DNA of 64,000 nt from the sequence record PQ464590.1; one strand, given 5' to 3'. Positions 9,312 to 21,142 of the stretch are shown piece by piece. How positions within the stretch are numbered: the stretch's first letter is position 1; each line of letters starts with the position of its first letter. Made by a program: the position numbers and the translations under genes. The notes beneath the pieces are model-generated. The model saw nothing but the letters and a program-made list of their open reading frames with translations, was not told where the DNA came from and did not search any database.

Positions 9312-9833
9312 AAATTCGTTCACATCGAGAGAATATTTTATTGAATCCACCATATGAAGCCCAATCAGATACAAACAATAGCTCGCAACTGAACTTCCAC
9401 GGCCTAAGCCCCAAAAGATTTCATGCTCTTCCATATAGTCAACCAACCAAATCATACAACGTAATAGTTTAGTCATGTTGTAGCTCTCGTATAAACTCAA
9501 CTCGTACAGTACTCGTTCTCTTTCTACATCAGTACTGCACTTTTGAAGAAAGAATTCCTGTAAGTTGATTTTGTCATATACTGAATCATATCTCCACAAC
9601 TCATGATTCTGACTGTGGTCTATTTTATAATCCAGCATACGATGAGATAACCCGAATTTCTTACAGTTCTCATTGAACTTCAATCGTTCAGGTTCATCCA
9701 TTTCCATCAACTGCATGTACTGTATATCTTGACCGCAGTTCATGGCATATACTACTGCATTCAGGTTACAGTGAACATCACCATCCTGACTTATAAATCT
9801 GTTTCCTTGTACTTTCATTAGGTCGTTTCTCAT
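9300..9833 (-). CDS. DnaE (Pol III alpha, C-family)-like N-terminal fragment
   Basis: RVLYEL...WLVDYM...WGLGRGSSVASYCLYLIGLHMVDSIKYSLDVNEFLK aligns by eye with DnaE RL..EL...[35 protein letters not shown]. Confidence 0.8.
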   Translation of the reverse strand: MRNDLMKVQGNRFISQDGDVHCNLNAVVYAMNCGQDIQYMQLMEMDEPERLKFNENCKKFGLSHRMLDYKIDHSQNHELWRYDSVYDKINLQEFFLQKCSTDVERERVLYELSLYESYNMTKLLRCMIWLVDYMEEHEIFWGLGRGSSVASYCLYLIGLHMVDSIKYSLDVNEFLKW

Positions 9834-10086
9834 CCTCTTCAGATGCTAAGTAAGAATCAGAATCGAACACACAACTATCTTCATCACGCCAGCTTTCAGC
9901 TTCTTTACGTGAATGACGTAAGTAGTTCTCTTCCTCACAGGCTTGAAGTACCATATACATACCGTTAAGAATGTCAGATCCCATACCCGCAGCACGGGCA
10001 TGTGAAATCTTAGTACTCATATCTAAAATCTTTTGATTTAATTCCTTATCACTCATACCCTCTGGGCTGAAAAATGGATTGAACAT
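9778..10086 (-). CDS. Hypothetical protein
   Basis: 102-aa ORF with GGAGG SD. Confidence 0.65.
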   Translation of the reverse strand: MFNPFFSPEGMSDKELNQKILDMSTKISHARAAGMGSDILNGMYMVLQACEEENYLRHSRKEAESWRDEDSCVFDSDSYLASEEDEKRPNESTRKQIYKSGW

Positions 10087-10087
10087 G

Positions 10088-12484
10088 TTAACCTCCGATT
10101 CTACTCTGTTCTTTAATTTGAATTGTATAATTGTTCTTCACGTACTTGTTGTACTCTTGGAAAAAGTACTGGAATTCTACATATGTGATATCGAATTCTT
10201 CATTCACTAAGGTTTGGTGCTCGTTAGAACGTACCAATCTGTTATAGAACGCTTCGGCCTGACCAGGATTAAAGTAAGCAACTGGAATTACAGGCATGAA
10301 TTCAGCCTTAAGTCCATCTTCCAAGTACGGGTGGTTCATGTATCGAGGAACAGTGTCAATCATTTCTGATGACAGACCTGGAATCATAGGAACCGTTATA
10401 CCGCGATTTTGGAAGTCAGTAGGATCTGATAGTAAGTTAGTTACGTCTTCGCCAACAGCTTTATAAATGTTTTCACGTAATCCGAAGAATTCAGAAAGGA
10501 ATGCAGTGTCCTGCATCGTGTATGTGAACGGGTCCATAGAAACGGATACCGTAGTTCCTGCTGGGTGAATCTCCCTGTACAGAACATCATACAATACATT
10601 TCCGAGACTGTCAAGTGCTGAACGTATTTTATAATTACCCATTACAAAACCAAAAATACCATTAGGAACTGGTGCACCGTGTTCAGGATTAATCACATTA
10701 TCACGTAACGTCTTCTTCATTGCTGCAAGAGTTGTGTACGGATAAGTACTACTTACAAAGTTTTCTTTAAGTAAAATCCTAGGGGTTTTCTGCAATCCAT
10801 AGCGATCATCAACTCCACGATAGTAGTACTGATTTGCAAACTGTGAAGTACTGATAGTACTGAACCATTTACGCTCAAATGGCATACTTGGCTTAATATA
10901 AGCACTCAAAAAATTCTGACCGAACCCTCTAATAATTCTTAATTCAAAAGTACTAGTAATCGAAGCTCCAGATTTTTCCGTAGCTCTGACATCGAACTCA
11001 AGTTTTATCTCATCGTTCGTCGTAAAATCCTGTGCTCTAGCATATGCAGTACCAATCAACGTACCATCAGCAGCGAGGTCCAAATTATATTTTGTAATGT
11101 CATCACGAGATGAAGATGCTATTTCATACGTAACTAACGTACCAGTGGCTTGAATCTTTGGATATACGGTATGACCAAAATATTCACCAACGTGAATTGC
11201 ACCCAAATTCTTATCAGTGATGAAATCAATACCATCACCAGTACTTGCGTTTACAATCATTCTAAATGTACGTTCTTGACCGATAATCCCTGATCCCAAC
11301 GCTGCATTGTAATATCCTAAATCATTCCAGGCAGTACTGTCAAATACTGCCTTTTGAACTCCACTATCATAGACATCTTTAATAACGTACGGATATACTA
11401 AAGTATTTTTCAATTGATACAAGTGACCGGGAATTGGAGAACCATCAATATAAGAAATATCTTGAGGACATACCCACATTTGGTACGCCTTAAAACGTTT
11501 ACCAACATAAAATGCATCCTTCTCGGTTTTGTATAAATCAGTAGGGGCGATAATGCGAACTCTGAAATATGCATCGATTGGGTCAGATTCGTATAAAAGT
11601 GTACCAAGGAATTGTCCGTTGGAGTTGAATTTCAATCCAGAATTGATTTTGTTCCCAAGTTCATCAACAATAACAACTGGCATCTCTTCCGATTCAGGAG
11701 GCCACGTTGCAGTACTATCAGGTGTGATAGTTGTTCCTTTTCCTGTTCTATGAGTACTTGGTATCGAAGACATAGGCAAATCTAAAATACGATAATCAGG
11801 ATAGAATACACGATTTGAATCATCATCACTGGCGGCATCACCATCTATATATTTTCTACTTCTACCGAATGCTTGAACAAACGAACGACTGTTAGAACCG
11901 AAGTGCATTTCTGAAATACTATACATTTCGTCACGTACAATTAGTGATGGTGTCACCCAAACTTCAGTACTGTTATCATACGCAATAGTTGCTGTGTTAT
12001 TTCCTATTACCCCTGAACTTTCAACATTTGCTATTTGACCATCAATCAATGTTACTACGTTCATTTCGTTCAAAAAGAATTGTAGACTTTCTGGACCATC
12101 CCATACACCGTCAACATTACAATGAACTTTAATGAAATATATGTCTTTGGTTAGTGTTGTTAATTTGAATGATTTTTTTTGTAGTTTAACTTTATGTGTT
12201 CCATTAATTTTATTTGTACTACCATCATAACCGAGTGGTTTTAAATTATTAATGTCTTCACCAACCATGATCGTGAAATCTCGGTCTTCTAATGTCTCAC
12301 CAGTACCTTTAATTTGGTAAGTAAGTTCTAAGTACTGATCGTTAGTAATTTCATAAACATCTGGATCACTCACTTTATCCCTGTTAATGCTTATACGGAC
12401 ATAAGTGGTTCCACCTTCAGTAATAATATTCGTATCAGCCTTCAAATCCCAATGAGGTGTAAATTGTGCCATGTAAATCTCCAA
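10088..12484 (-). CDS. Large virion protein, probable baseplate/tail-associated (Ig-like segments)
   Basis: 798 aa, beta-rich, with segments like SGLKFNSNGQFLGT and LAADGTLIGT; TATAAATA late promoter at 12505-12512. Confidence 0.5.
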   Translation of the reverse strand: MEIYMAQFTPHWDLKADTNIITEGGTTYVRISINRDKVSDPDVYEITNDQYLELTYQIKGTGETLEDRDFTIMVGEDINNLKPLGYDGSTNKINGTHKVKLQKKSFKLTTLTKDIYFIKVHCNVDGVWDGPESLQFFLNEMNVVTLIDGQIANVESSGVIGNNTATIAYDNSTEVWVTPSLIVRDEMYSISEMHFGSNSRSFVQAFGRSRKYIDGDAASDDDSNRVFYPDYRILDLPMSSIPSTHRTGKGTTITPDSTATWPPESEEMPVVIVDELGNKINSGLKFNSNGQFLGTLLYESDPIDAYFRVRIIAPTDLYKTEKDAFYVGKRFKAYQMWVCPQDISYIDGSPIPGHLYQLKNTLVYPYVIKDVYDSGVQKAVFDSTAWNDLGYYNAALGSGIIGQERTFRMIVNASTGDGIDFITDKNLGAIHVGEYFGHTVYPKIQATGTLVTYEIASSSRDDITKYNLDLAADGTLIGTAYARAQDFTTNDEIKLEFDVRATEKSGASITSTFELRIIRGFGQNFLSAYIKPSMPFERKWFSTISTSQFANQYYYRGVDDRYGLQKTPRILLKENFVSSTYPYTTLAAMKKTLRDNVINPEHGAPVPNGIFGFVMGNYKIRSALDSLGNVLYDVLYREIHPAGTTVSVSMDPFTYTMQDTAFLSEFFGLRENIYKAVGEDVTNLLSDPTDFQNRGITVPMIPGLSSEMIDTVPRYMNHPYLEDGLKAEFMPVIPVAYFNPGQAEAFYNRLVRSNEHQTLVNEEFDITYVEFQYFFQEYNKYVKNNYTIQIKEQSRIGG

Positions 12485-12504
12485 AATGATTAAAAGCTAT
12501 GTGG

Positions 12505-12512
12505 TATTTATA
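12505..12512 (-). promoter_or_regulatory. T4-type late promoter TATAAATA
   Basis: Plus strand tatttata; exact T4 late consensus, just downstream of a terminator. Confidence 0.7.
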
Positions 12513-12517
12513 AGAAC

Positions 12518-12540
12518 AAAGGACGCTATATGCGTCCTTT
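12518..12540 (-). terminator. Terminator after topoisomerase genes
   Basis: aaaggacgc-tatat-gcgtccttt. Confidence 0.7.
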
Positions 12541-12544
12541 AATA

Positions 12545-13951
12545 TTAGTCTTCTTGTTTTGGAGAACAATCCATTTTACGAAGTTCTAGAAGTTCTTCTT
12601 TGTAAATTGCCCAAATATCAGCATGGTTCTCAAGTAGTGCAGAGTACTTATCCATTAGGTCAAGTGCTTCTTGGATTTCTTCCTGTACTTTAGCACGGTT
12701 CTCTATAGTCCAGCGATAAGACGGGTAGTTCACAATACTTTGGATATTGTCATCGGTAGCACCAATTGGTCCATTTAGAGAAGTTACAAACTCAACTAGC
12801 TCTGCACGGTTGTTGAAGCCTTTGATTTTACCAATCATATCTTTATCGAAACATTCCATGATAAGTGCTTTATAACGTACTTCAGCATCTGCATCACGTA
12901 GTTTCTTTTCATAGCGTTTTACGTAGTATTTGAAACGGAAGTGTACGAAGTCATGAATTAGTTCACGGACATCATTGTACGATTTTACTTTACCATTTTC
13001 ACCTAGTACGTTCAAGATTTCAGTAATCTTAGAACTTAGACCGAAATACTCAATAACATCATTTTCTGTCCATTTGGCGGAAGTACCACGAGGTAGTTTT
13101 ACGGTAATCTGAATACTATCAGTACTGTCATCGTCATAATCACGAATCTCACCTTTATCCTGCATCTCGATTAGTTTCTCAACAAATGCGTCACGCTTTT
13201 TGCGTGGAGGTAGTCCAGTAATTAGTACAGTACTAGCATCAATTACTTCTGCTTTACCGAAGAACTGATATTTACCATGATCATACTTCTCAACACGTTC
13301 TGATGCACCAACAGATACATAATACGGTGTCATTTCTTGTAGTTCTTCACCATCAATAACACGAATACAGTTATCAATGATTTCTTCTAGTTTATAAGGC
13401 AGAATACTACTCTTATAACCAACTGACATACTATCGTTACCAAATAGAGATAGTGGGATAATTGGCAGGAAGTGAGTAGGTTCCATAGTAGTTCCGTCAT
13501 AGTTTTCTTGCATAGGAACAACGTCCATATCACGCAGTACTAGGGCTTCTGTTACTTTGGTCTTCTTCACATATGTATAACGTGCACTTGCTGGCATGGT
13601 ATTCACTTGAGTACCGAAACCACCACGCTTGCCAATTAGTGGGTAATTGTTAGCAACTGGGCTTGCTAGTTGCTGAAGTGTACCTGCTGCTGATGCATCA
13701 CCATGAAGGTAGATACCGTCACTGATCATACGACCTGCACAAGACACTGTTTTGATTTCACCCGATACTTTGCTTAGGGTGAAGATAGCTTTACGCTGGG
13801 AGTTCTTTAGTCCGTCAATCCCAGGGATCGCACGGTCCAATGTACTCATTGCATATTCCAGTGAAGACTGGTTGATATAGTCTGAACTGTTATAGTCCAG
13901 TAGTGTTAGTGTTGCATTGTCAATACTTTGATTCTTTGTTGCTTTAGCCAT
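12545..13951 (-). CDS. 52: DNA topoisomerase II, DNA breakage-reunion subunit (gp52/GyrA-like)
   Basis: RAIPGIDGLKNSQRK, YLHGDAS, catalytic ASARYT, EPTHFLPIIP. Confidence 0.93.
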   Translation of the reverse strand: MAKATKNQSIDNATLTLLDYNSSDYINQSSLEYAMSTLDRAIPGIDGLKNSQRKAIFTLSKVSGEIKTVSCAGRMISDGIYLHGDASAAGTLQQLASPVANNYPLIGKRGGFGTQVNTMPASARYTYVKKTKVTEALVLRDMDVVPMQENYDGTTMEPTHFLPIIPLSLFGNDSMSVGYKSSILPYKLEEIIDNCIRVIDGEELQEMTPYYVSVGASERVEKYDHGKYQFFGKAEVIDASTVLITGLPPRKKRDAFVEKLIEMQDKGEIRDYDDDSTDSIQITVKLPRGTSAKWTENDVIEYFGLSSKITEILNVLGENGKVKSYNDVRELIHDFVHFRFKYYVKRYEKKLRDADAEVRYKALIMECFDKDMIGKIKGFNNRAELVEFVTSLNGPIGATDDNIQSIVNYPSYRWTIENRAKVQEEIQEALDLMDKYSALLENHADIWAIYKEELLELRKMDCSPKQED

Positions 13952-14003
13952 TCCATTGCCTCTTTGATATTATGGGGAACTTCATGTCCCCCCTTGTACT
14001 AAT

Positions 14004-15965
14004 TTATTCGCCCATCCAATCTTTACGGTCGTCAGCACGGGTCTTGTTGAAGATTAGATCTAGGGTTGGTCCCAAGCGTCCATCATCGATAATTGCCACT
14101 GCAACGCCGTCCGTGAGTGCATCACGGAAATTAGTTTTCTCTAGCGTACCTAGCCCTTTAGCACGGGTAGCTTTCCATCCCTTCCACTCTTCAGGAACGA
14201 ACTCATGTACGTTATGACCGTAGAAATAACGAGTTTCTTTTCCTTTCTCCAGAATGATAAATGGAGTTTTGAAAACATACACGAATGGATTTTCTGGATC
14301 TGCAAATAGTTCAGGCCAGAACTTGAATAGGAAGTTACATACTAGTGCACCAATGTTTTTACCATCCTCATCTTCGTCCGCACAGATGTATAGTTTACCG
14401 TAGTTCATTTCAGAACGTTCAGCTTTTACACCAGGAATGAGGTTCAACGATGCCATTATATCATGTAGTGAGTCAGAAGCCATCAAATCTTTGGTCTTCT
14501 CTGTGCCACTAACGTTCATGATTTTACCACGAAGTGGTAGAATACCATGCACTTTAGAGTCACGTGCCGCACTCATGTTACTAATTGCGGAATCACCTTC
14601 TGCGATTAGAAGAATACATTTTGAACGATCCGAACCAGTTGCATCCGATAGCTTAGCCACTTTACCTTTCAGTAGTTTCTTAGCCATTCGACGATCTTCT
14701 TCAGCATCTTTCTTGTTTGTACGTTCAGCACAACGTGTAAAGATTTCGTCAATCCACTCTTTGTTTTTCTTCACTAGTTCTTCAAACCATTCAGTACTCA
14801 TAGCTTGCTGTACTGGACGAATGACGTTCTCGTTAGTAAGCTTAGTTTTAGTCTGTGAGTTGAAAGATGGTGCGTTCATCTTAGTGATGTTATAAATTAG
14901 CAAACCTTCTTCAATATCAGAACGGTTCGGCTTTAGCTTACGTTTTTTAGATTCTTTCTCTAGGGCTGAAGCAACACCAAGGGAGAAGAACTTCTTGAAC
15001 GTATCTAAGTGTGTACCACCTTCAAGTGCTGGAGCATTATTCACTAGTCCATGCATGTGGAAGTTAGTACTTTGATTCTGTACTGCATTTGGAACAATAT
15101 AGAAAGTACTGTCAAAACCAGTGTCTTGTACTGATAAAGACATTAGCTTATTAGTTTCGAATAAACCTTTCTCTACGCTCTTCGCCTGAATACGTTCGTC
15201 ATTCAGGAAGATTTTGTAAGTTGGGTTAGCTGCACTGATTTCCTTCAAGATACTATAAATTAGTTCTGTAGGCAAAGTTAGTGTAGGGAACACAACAGGA
15301 CTTAGCTGGAACCTGATAGTAGTGCCTGATTTTTCAGCTTTCACTTTTCGGATGGACGGTTCATGAATCTGAAGGTCAGGGAACATTGCTGTACCTTCAC
15401 TGAACTTCTGATTGAATTTGTACATCCCATCGTAAGCATCGTTACTTGCCGCTGTCTTGTATGGACGACCAGTACGGTGAATTTCTAGTTCAGCACTAGA
15501 ACTTACAATCATTACCACTGAACCACCTAGACCGTTCATACCGATTACGTTTTCACGTTCATCGTCATTGAAGTTACGACCAGTTTTCATTTCAGTCATA
15601 ACCATAGTACATAGGTTCTTTTGTGTGTCCGGCACGTAGTCGATTGGAATACCACGACCATTATCGGAGATCTCAACTTTCATTTCATTCTCGTCGAACA
15701 AAACTCGCAGTACTGGATCTTTTACGCCAGCCTTTACAAATTCGTCAAGAGAGTTATCAAGAACTTCACGCACAGCAGTTAGAAGAGCAGGAACCCAACG
15801 TACATTAGTTACTTGGAAGCCTTTCTTACCAAAGATTAGAGCGATTTGTTCATGGAGGGAACGTGAGCCTAAGTACATTTCTGTACGGATACGGGCGTGT
15901 TCATATTCAGTTAGCTGCTGAATTCCATGTTCAGCCATCACTGAGGATTGCGGTTTCTTTGCCAT
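14004..15965 (-). CDS. 39: DNA topoisomerase II ATPase/TOPRIM subunit (fused gp39+gp60/GyrB-like)
   Basis: EHARIRTEMYLGS, EVLDNSLDE, DNGRGIP, GMNGLG, AEGDSA, PLRGKIMN, KGLG. Start reassigned to MAKKPQ (15965), which has a SD and lies downstream of the promoter. Confidence 0.93.
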   Translation of the reverse strand: MAKKPQSSVMAEHGIQQLTEYEHARIRTEMYLGSRSLHEQIALIFGKKGFQVTNVRWVPALLTAVREVLDNSLDEFVKAGVKDPVLRVLFDENEMKVEISDNGRGIPIDYVPDTQKNLCTMVMTEMKTGRNFNDDERENVIGMNGLGGSVVMIVSSSAELEIHRTGRPYKTAASNDAYDGMYKFNQKFSEGTAMFPDLQIHEPSIRKVKAEKSGTTIRFQLSPVVFPTLTLPTELIYSILKEISAANPTYKIFLNDERIQAKSVEKGLFETNKLMSLSVQDTGFDSTFYIVPNAVQNQSTNFHMHGLVNNAPALEGGTHLDTFKKFFSLGVASALEKESKKRKLKPNRSDIEEGLLIYNITKMNAPSFNSQTKTKLTNENVIRPVQQAMSTEWFEELVKKNKEWIDEIFTRCAERTNKKDAEEDRRMAKKLLKGKVAKLSDATGSDRSKCILLIAEGDSAISNMSAARDSKVHGILPLRGKIMNVSGTEKTKDLMASDSLHDIMASLNLIPGVKAERSEMNYGKLYICADEDEDGKNIGALVCNFLFKFWPELFADPENPFVYVFKTPFIILEKGKETRYFYGHNVHEFVPEEWKGWKATRAKGLGTLEKTNFRDALTDGVAVAIIDDGRLGPTLDLIFNKTRADDRKDWMGE

Positions 15966-15999
15966 TATAGTTTCCTTTCTATTGTCTCTTAGCATAGTT

Positions 16000-16029
16000 A
16001 TTATATCACATTTTGTTTCTTTGTCTCAA
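16000..16029 (-). promoter_or_regulatory. Phage-class promoter TTGAGA-18-TATAAT
   Basis: attata 16000-16005, tctcaa 16024-16029. Confidence 0.75.
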
Positions 16030-16066
16030 AAAAATATCGGAAACGCGTTAACGCCTCCGATATTAT

Positions 16067-17658
<1,592 letters not shown>

Positions 17659-17665
17659 AGATTAC

Positions 17666-18202
17666 TTAGATGTCAGTAGGATAATCACGGCGAATCAAGC
17701 GTTCCAGAACAACCATGCTATTGTTGTAGTTTTCTTCTGCTACGTCGCGTTCCATTTTATCCCAACCAAGATTTTGTTTCAGTTGGATATTTGCTTCTTC
17801 AAGAAGATGCCCAATGGTTTGTGCCATCTCATCACTATAAGTACCGATGTGGTAAAAGCCTACTGAATTTAGTGCCTCAACAACTTCGAAGCAACGTTCA
17901 GGACTGTAGTGTAGTACGTCAGAACAGAACATATTCACGAACTGAACAGAAGTGAATTTATCGTCTAACAGTACTACATCATACTTAGGTACATTCAGAA
18001 CATTACACTCTGGATGAATCTTTAGGAAACGATTTAGTGAAGCTTGAAGTTCAACTTTCTCGTTTCCTTCATTGATGCCGTTGGTAACATACGCAGTAAT
18101 ATCGTACGCACCAGCGATGTAATATACTGAATCTTTGTACGTCGCTTTTACCACATCATACGGATGAAGTGCAAACAACTCTTGTTGAATCTCATTCTTC
18201 AT
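17666..18202 (-). CDS. clpS: ClpS-like N-degron adaptor domain protein
   Basis: KYDVVLLDDKFTSVQFV...VL..SPERCFEVV...G.YHIGTYSDEMAQT follows the ClpS pattern; about 70-aa N-terminal extension. Confidence 0.7.
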   Translation of the reverse strand: MKNEIQQELFALHPYDVVKATYKDSVYYIAGAYDITAYVTNGINEGNEKVELQASLNRFLKIHPECNVLNVPKYDVVLLDDKFTSVQFVNMFCSDVLHYSPERCFEVVEALNSVGFYHIGTYSDEMAQTIGHLLEEANIQLKQNLGWDKMERDVAEENYNNSMVVLERLIRRDYPTDI

Positions 18203-18212
18203 AGAATCCCTC

Positions 18213-18719
18213 TTATTTGGCTTTTACGATACAAGTGACGTTTTTGCCTTGTACGTCAACTTTTTGTACAAACTCAACATCGCCTAAACGGTTAGTGAAA
18301 GATTGCACTGCATCTTTATTTTTTGCTAATAGATCAGCCGAAAGCGGTGGGCGTCCAACAGCTTTCATTACAATACGAACCTGCTTACCTTCAGAAACGA
18401 ACTTGATTGCATTCTTGGCTTTCACCGAGAGATCATTTTCTTGAGTTCCAAAGGAGAACTGAATTTCTTTTGTTTGAACAACATTAGCACGTTGCTTTTT
18501 CTGTGCAGCTTTGTCAGCCTGTTTCTGTTCATATTTGAACTTGTTCAAGTCAACAATCTTCACTACAGGAACATCACCTTCCGCAACCTGGATAAGATCC
18601 AGACCAGCATTTCGTGCCTGTGATAATGCTTTATCAATTGCCATTACAACACTAGAACCTTCATGAACTAGACGTACGGATTTAGCGGTAATTTCGTTAT
18701 TGGCAATAATAGATTTCAT
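18213..18719 (-). CDS. infC: Translation initiation factor IF-3 homologue
   Basis: NNEITAKSVRLV, AL..A...GLDLI.V, PVVKIVDLNKFKYEQK, TKEIQF, KFVSEGKQVRIVM. Confidence 0.9.
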   Translation of the reverse strand: MKSIIANNEITAKSVRLVHEGSSVVMAIDKALSQARNAGLDLIQVAEGDVPVVKIVDLNKFKYEQKQADKAAQKKQRANVVQTKEIQFSFGTQENDLSVKAKNAIKFVSEGKQVRIVMKAVGRPPLSADLLAKNKDAVQSFTNRLGDVEFVQKVDVQGKNVTCIVKAK

Positions 18720-18772
18720 ATAAGTTATTCAACTCCAGTGGGTTTTAGTAGGTCAACATCGTGTTGAGATGT

Positions 18773-18801
18773 AATATACGTCATTGCGAAGCTCATGTCA
18801 A
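18773..18801 (-). promoter_or_regulatory. sigma70 promoter TTGACA-17-TATATT upstream of infC
   Basis: aatata 18773-18778, tgtcaa 18796-18801. Confidence 0.65.
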
Positions 18802-19004
18802 CCCTCGTGATGTTTTTTAATTGCATCACAAATTAGTTGCACCTGGATTAGCTGATTCTTAGCAAGTTCAGCTTGTGTCCGTGTGCGAGCGTTTTCCGCT
18901 TCGTGAATCATAATCTCAAGATCGTAAATCACACGATCAAATGCATCTTTGTTATCTAAGATGCGATTGTAATATGGTTTGTTATCCATGTCAAGTGACT
19001 CCAT
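18798..19004 (-). CDS. Hypothetical protein
   Basis: 68-aa helical ORF in an operon. Confidence 0.55.
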   Translation of the reverse strand: MESLDMDNKPYYNRILDNKDAFDRVIYDLEIMIHEAENARTRTQAELAKNQLIQVQLICDAIKKHHEG

Positions 19005-19012
19005 GTAAAAAA

Positions 19013-19564
19013 TTATAGTTTGATATACTTCACAGTACTGACAACCGCTGGATCAGGTTTTTCTACGTCGATGTATTCCATGTAGATTTCACGATACGGA
19101 TAAACCACTTTTGCAATAGGGTTGTTTTCTAAGTTGTAAAGTTTCTGTAGAATTGCATACTCCTGTTCGATGTCCTCTGCTAGTACCGCGTCAATGATAC
19201 TTTTGATTACACCCTCAGCAGCAGTTTGTGCTTCTTCTTCTGTAGCAAAGACAGGGATTGGATCTAAACGAGAAATGAATGGTTCATAACTCAAATAGCC
19301 CACGGTAATCTTAGCATCAGTTGGAACAGTACTGGCTGTACCTGGTGTACCAAATTCAACAGTACAGTACAATGGGATTGTGCATTCGGAAAGCATACGT
19401 TTCACTTGCTTCATGCGGATTAGTGCTTTGGCTTTTGCAAGTACTTCAGCGTCAGTAGGAGAAGTTAAATTCTCTGCATCAAAATCTGAATACTCATAAA
19501 ATTGTTTGTCATCTAGTAACTGACCAGGGATCTCGATACTAAACGCTTGAAATAAATTGTTCAT
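19013..19564 (-). CDS. Hypothetical protein (late promoter)
   Basis: 183 aa; GGAG SD; TAAATA at 19593-19598. Confidence 0.7.
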   Translation of the reverse strand: MNNLFQAFSIEIPGQLLDDKQFYEYSDFDAENLTSPTDAEVLAKAKALIRMKQVKRMLSECTIPLYCTVEFGTPGTASTVPTDAKITVGYLSYEPFISRLDPIPVFATEEEAQTAAEGVIKSIIDAVLAEDIEQEYAILQKLYNLENNPIAKVVYPYREIYMEYIDVEKPDPAVVSTVKYIKL

Positions 19565-19601
19565 TTTATATCTCCATACAAGAACTTTATATTATTTATT
19601 A

Positions 19602-19796
19602 TCAAAAGTCGAATCGTTTCGTGAACTTCATTCTTGCGGACTTATATTGAGGGTGTATCTCATTCATACACCCTTTTTGAACTGCCCACTCTGTGAACTT
19701 ATTATTCCCATTCACTAAACCACAATATATACAGTACTGTTTGCCTGATTTACTCGGTACAAACTTATGTGATTTATACTCGTATACTTCTTTCAT
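19602..19796 (-). CDS. Small Cys/His protein (possible Zn binder)
   Basis: H..CxxC...C in 64 aa; start overlaps the dda stop. Confidence 0.55.
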   Translation of the reverse strand: MKEVYEYKSHKFVPSKSGKQYCIYCGLVNGNNKFTEWAVQKGCMNEIHPQYKSARMKFTKRFDF

Positions 19797-21142
19797 TAGT
19801 ACCTTCCATTCTTCCGTAGCATAACACTATAGCGTGGGCGAGTCATTGCTGTGTACATGATTCTACACTTAGTGTCATTATTGGAAATGCGGTCAATGAA
19901 GTCGGTGTCGAACCAAATATTATCAAATGTACTACCCTGTGACTTGTGTGCAGTGGTAGCGTAAGGATAGTTGATAACATTGATCTTGTTCTTGATGACG
20001 TAGTAATCTTGCCAGCCGTAAGGTTTTTGAGTCAATGGATTCATTTCCTTTTTCTCAATCTTACGTACTAGTGATTCTAAATGATCATCTAGTGCCATAC
20101 GACTATATGGACCAACGCCTAGGATGTAGTTTCCGTTCGGTAGTTTGAACTGCCAACACTGTATACCTAAGAATTCTTCTTGGCGAACTTCTGGGCATTG
20201 AATCATTTGCTGTACTGTATAACTACAGTTTTCAGTTACGGTTTCAAACACAATTGGTTCACCCTGAACGAACTCAGTCTCTTGGTGCTGTGGGAATACT
20301 TCATTACGAATGAACATGTTTGCGTAGTTTACACGGTAGTTTGTGTACGCAATAATCTTGTTCTCTTGTACGAAGTCAAAGATCTTACGAGAAGAACCTA
20401 AGTTCTCACAGATGAATTCTTTGTACACATCAAGGAATAGATTCTCATCATAGATTGGTGTAATTGTTTCAAAACCATCCAGACGATTCAATATGTCCAT
20501 TGGGTTTTTATTAGTACCGATGCATTCACGAATCTGGGTTGCTACGTTGATAATTGGATTATCCATAGCTTGACGTAGTACTTCAGTCAATTCGTATTTC
20601 ACAGGAACGTTGAAAGTTGGGCTTAGTTTAGTCTCTCCTATTGTTCCTTCAGCCTCTACCGGAGGTAGCTGGCATGAATCACCAACAAATAGAATAGCAC
20701 GGCGAACTCGATGAATCTGACTTATGATATGGTTGTACATTTCTTCAGAGATCATAGAACACTCGTCTACAATCAAAATGTCAACATATGAGTTACTGTT
20801 TTTAGACTGTGCATCATGTTTCAGTACTTGATGGTTCTTTTCATAAACTAATTTCAATCCTAAGAAGGAGTGAATAGTACTGACCTGTGCATCTTCTTTT
20901 GTTAGCCCCACGTTGTTGATTAGCATGTTGCGAATAACAGCATTCGCTTTGTGCGTTGGGGATGTTACTGCGATATTATAACCCTTGTGAAGATTTTTTA
21001 CAATCTCCGATACGAGGGTAGTTTTACCAGTACCAGCATAACCTACAAGAACACATTCGGAACGCCCTGGGTAGTTATGTACACGGTCGATAAAATTGTC
21101 AAAAATATCTTGTTGCTTGTCCGTAAGCGTAATATTACTCAT
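19796..21142 (-). CDS. dda: Dda-like SF1B DNA helicase
   Basis: GYAGTGKTT, SPTHKA, IVDECSM, VGDSCQLPPV, EVLRQA, TAHKSQGSTF, YTAMTR. Confidence 0.9.
   Translation of the reverse strand: MSNITLTDKQQDIFDNFIDRVHNYPGRSECVLVGYAGTGKTTLVSEIVKNLHKGYNIAVTSPTHKANAVIRNMLINNVGLTKEDAQVSTIHSFLGLKLVYEKNHQVLKHDAQSKNSNSYVDILIVDECSMISEEMYNHIISQIHRVRRAILFVGDSCQLPPVEAEGTIGETKLSPTFNVPVKYELTEVLRQAMDNPIINVATQIRECIGTNKNPMDILNRLDGFETITPIYDENLFLDVYKEFICENLGSSRKIFDFVQENKIIAYTNYRVNYANMFIRNEVFPQHQETEFVQGEPIVFETVTENCSYTVQQMIQCPEVRQEEFLGIQCWQFKLPNGNYILGVGPYSRMALDDHLESLVRKIEKKEMNPLTQKPYGWQDYYVIKNKINVINYPYATTAHKSQGSTFDNIWFDTDFIDRISNNDTKCRIMYTAMTRPRYSVMLRKNGRY

Noticed and set aside
9300-9833. Trans-splicing split intein explaining the DnaE split
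   Set aside because: The N-half stops right after the polymerase motif and the C-half has only about 14 residues before DIDID. There is no room for, or signature of, intein halves.
18719-18740. Non-AUG (ATA) autoregulatory start for the phage infC
   Set aside because: The in-frame ATA is only 4 nt from GGAG and adds three residues. An ATG is available, so there is no real support.
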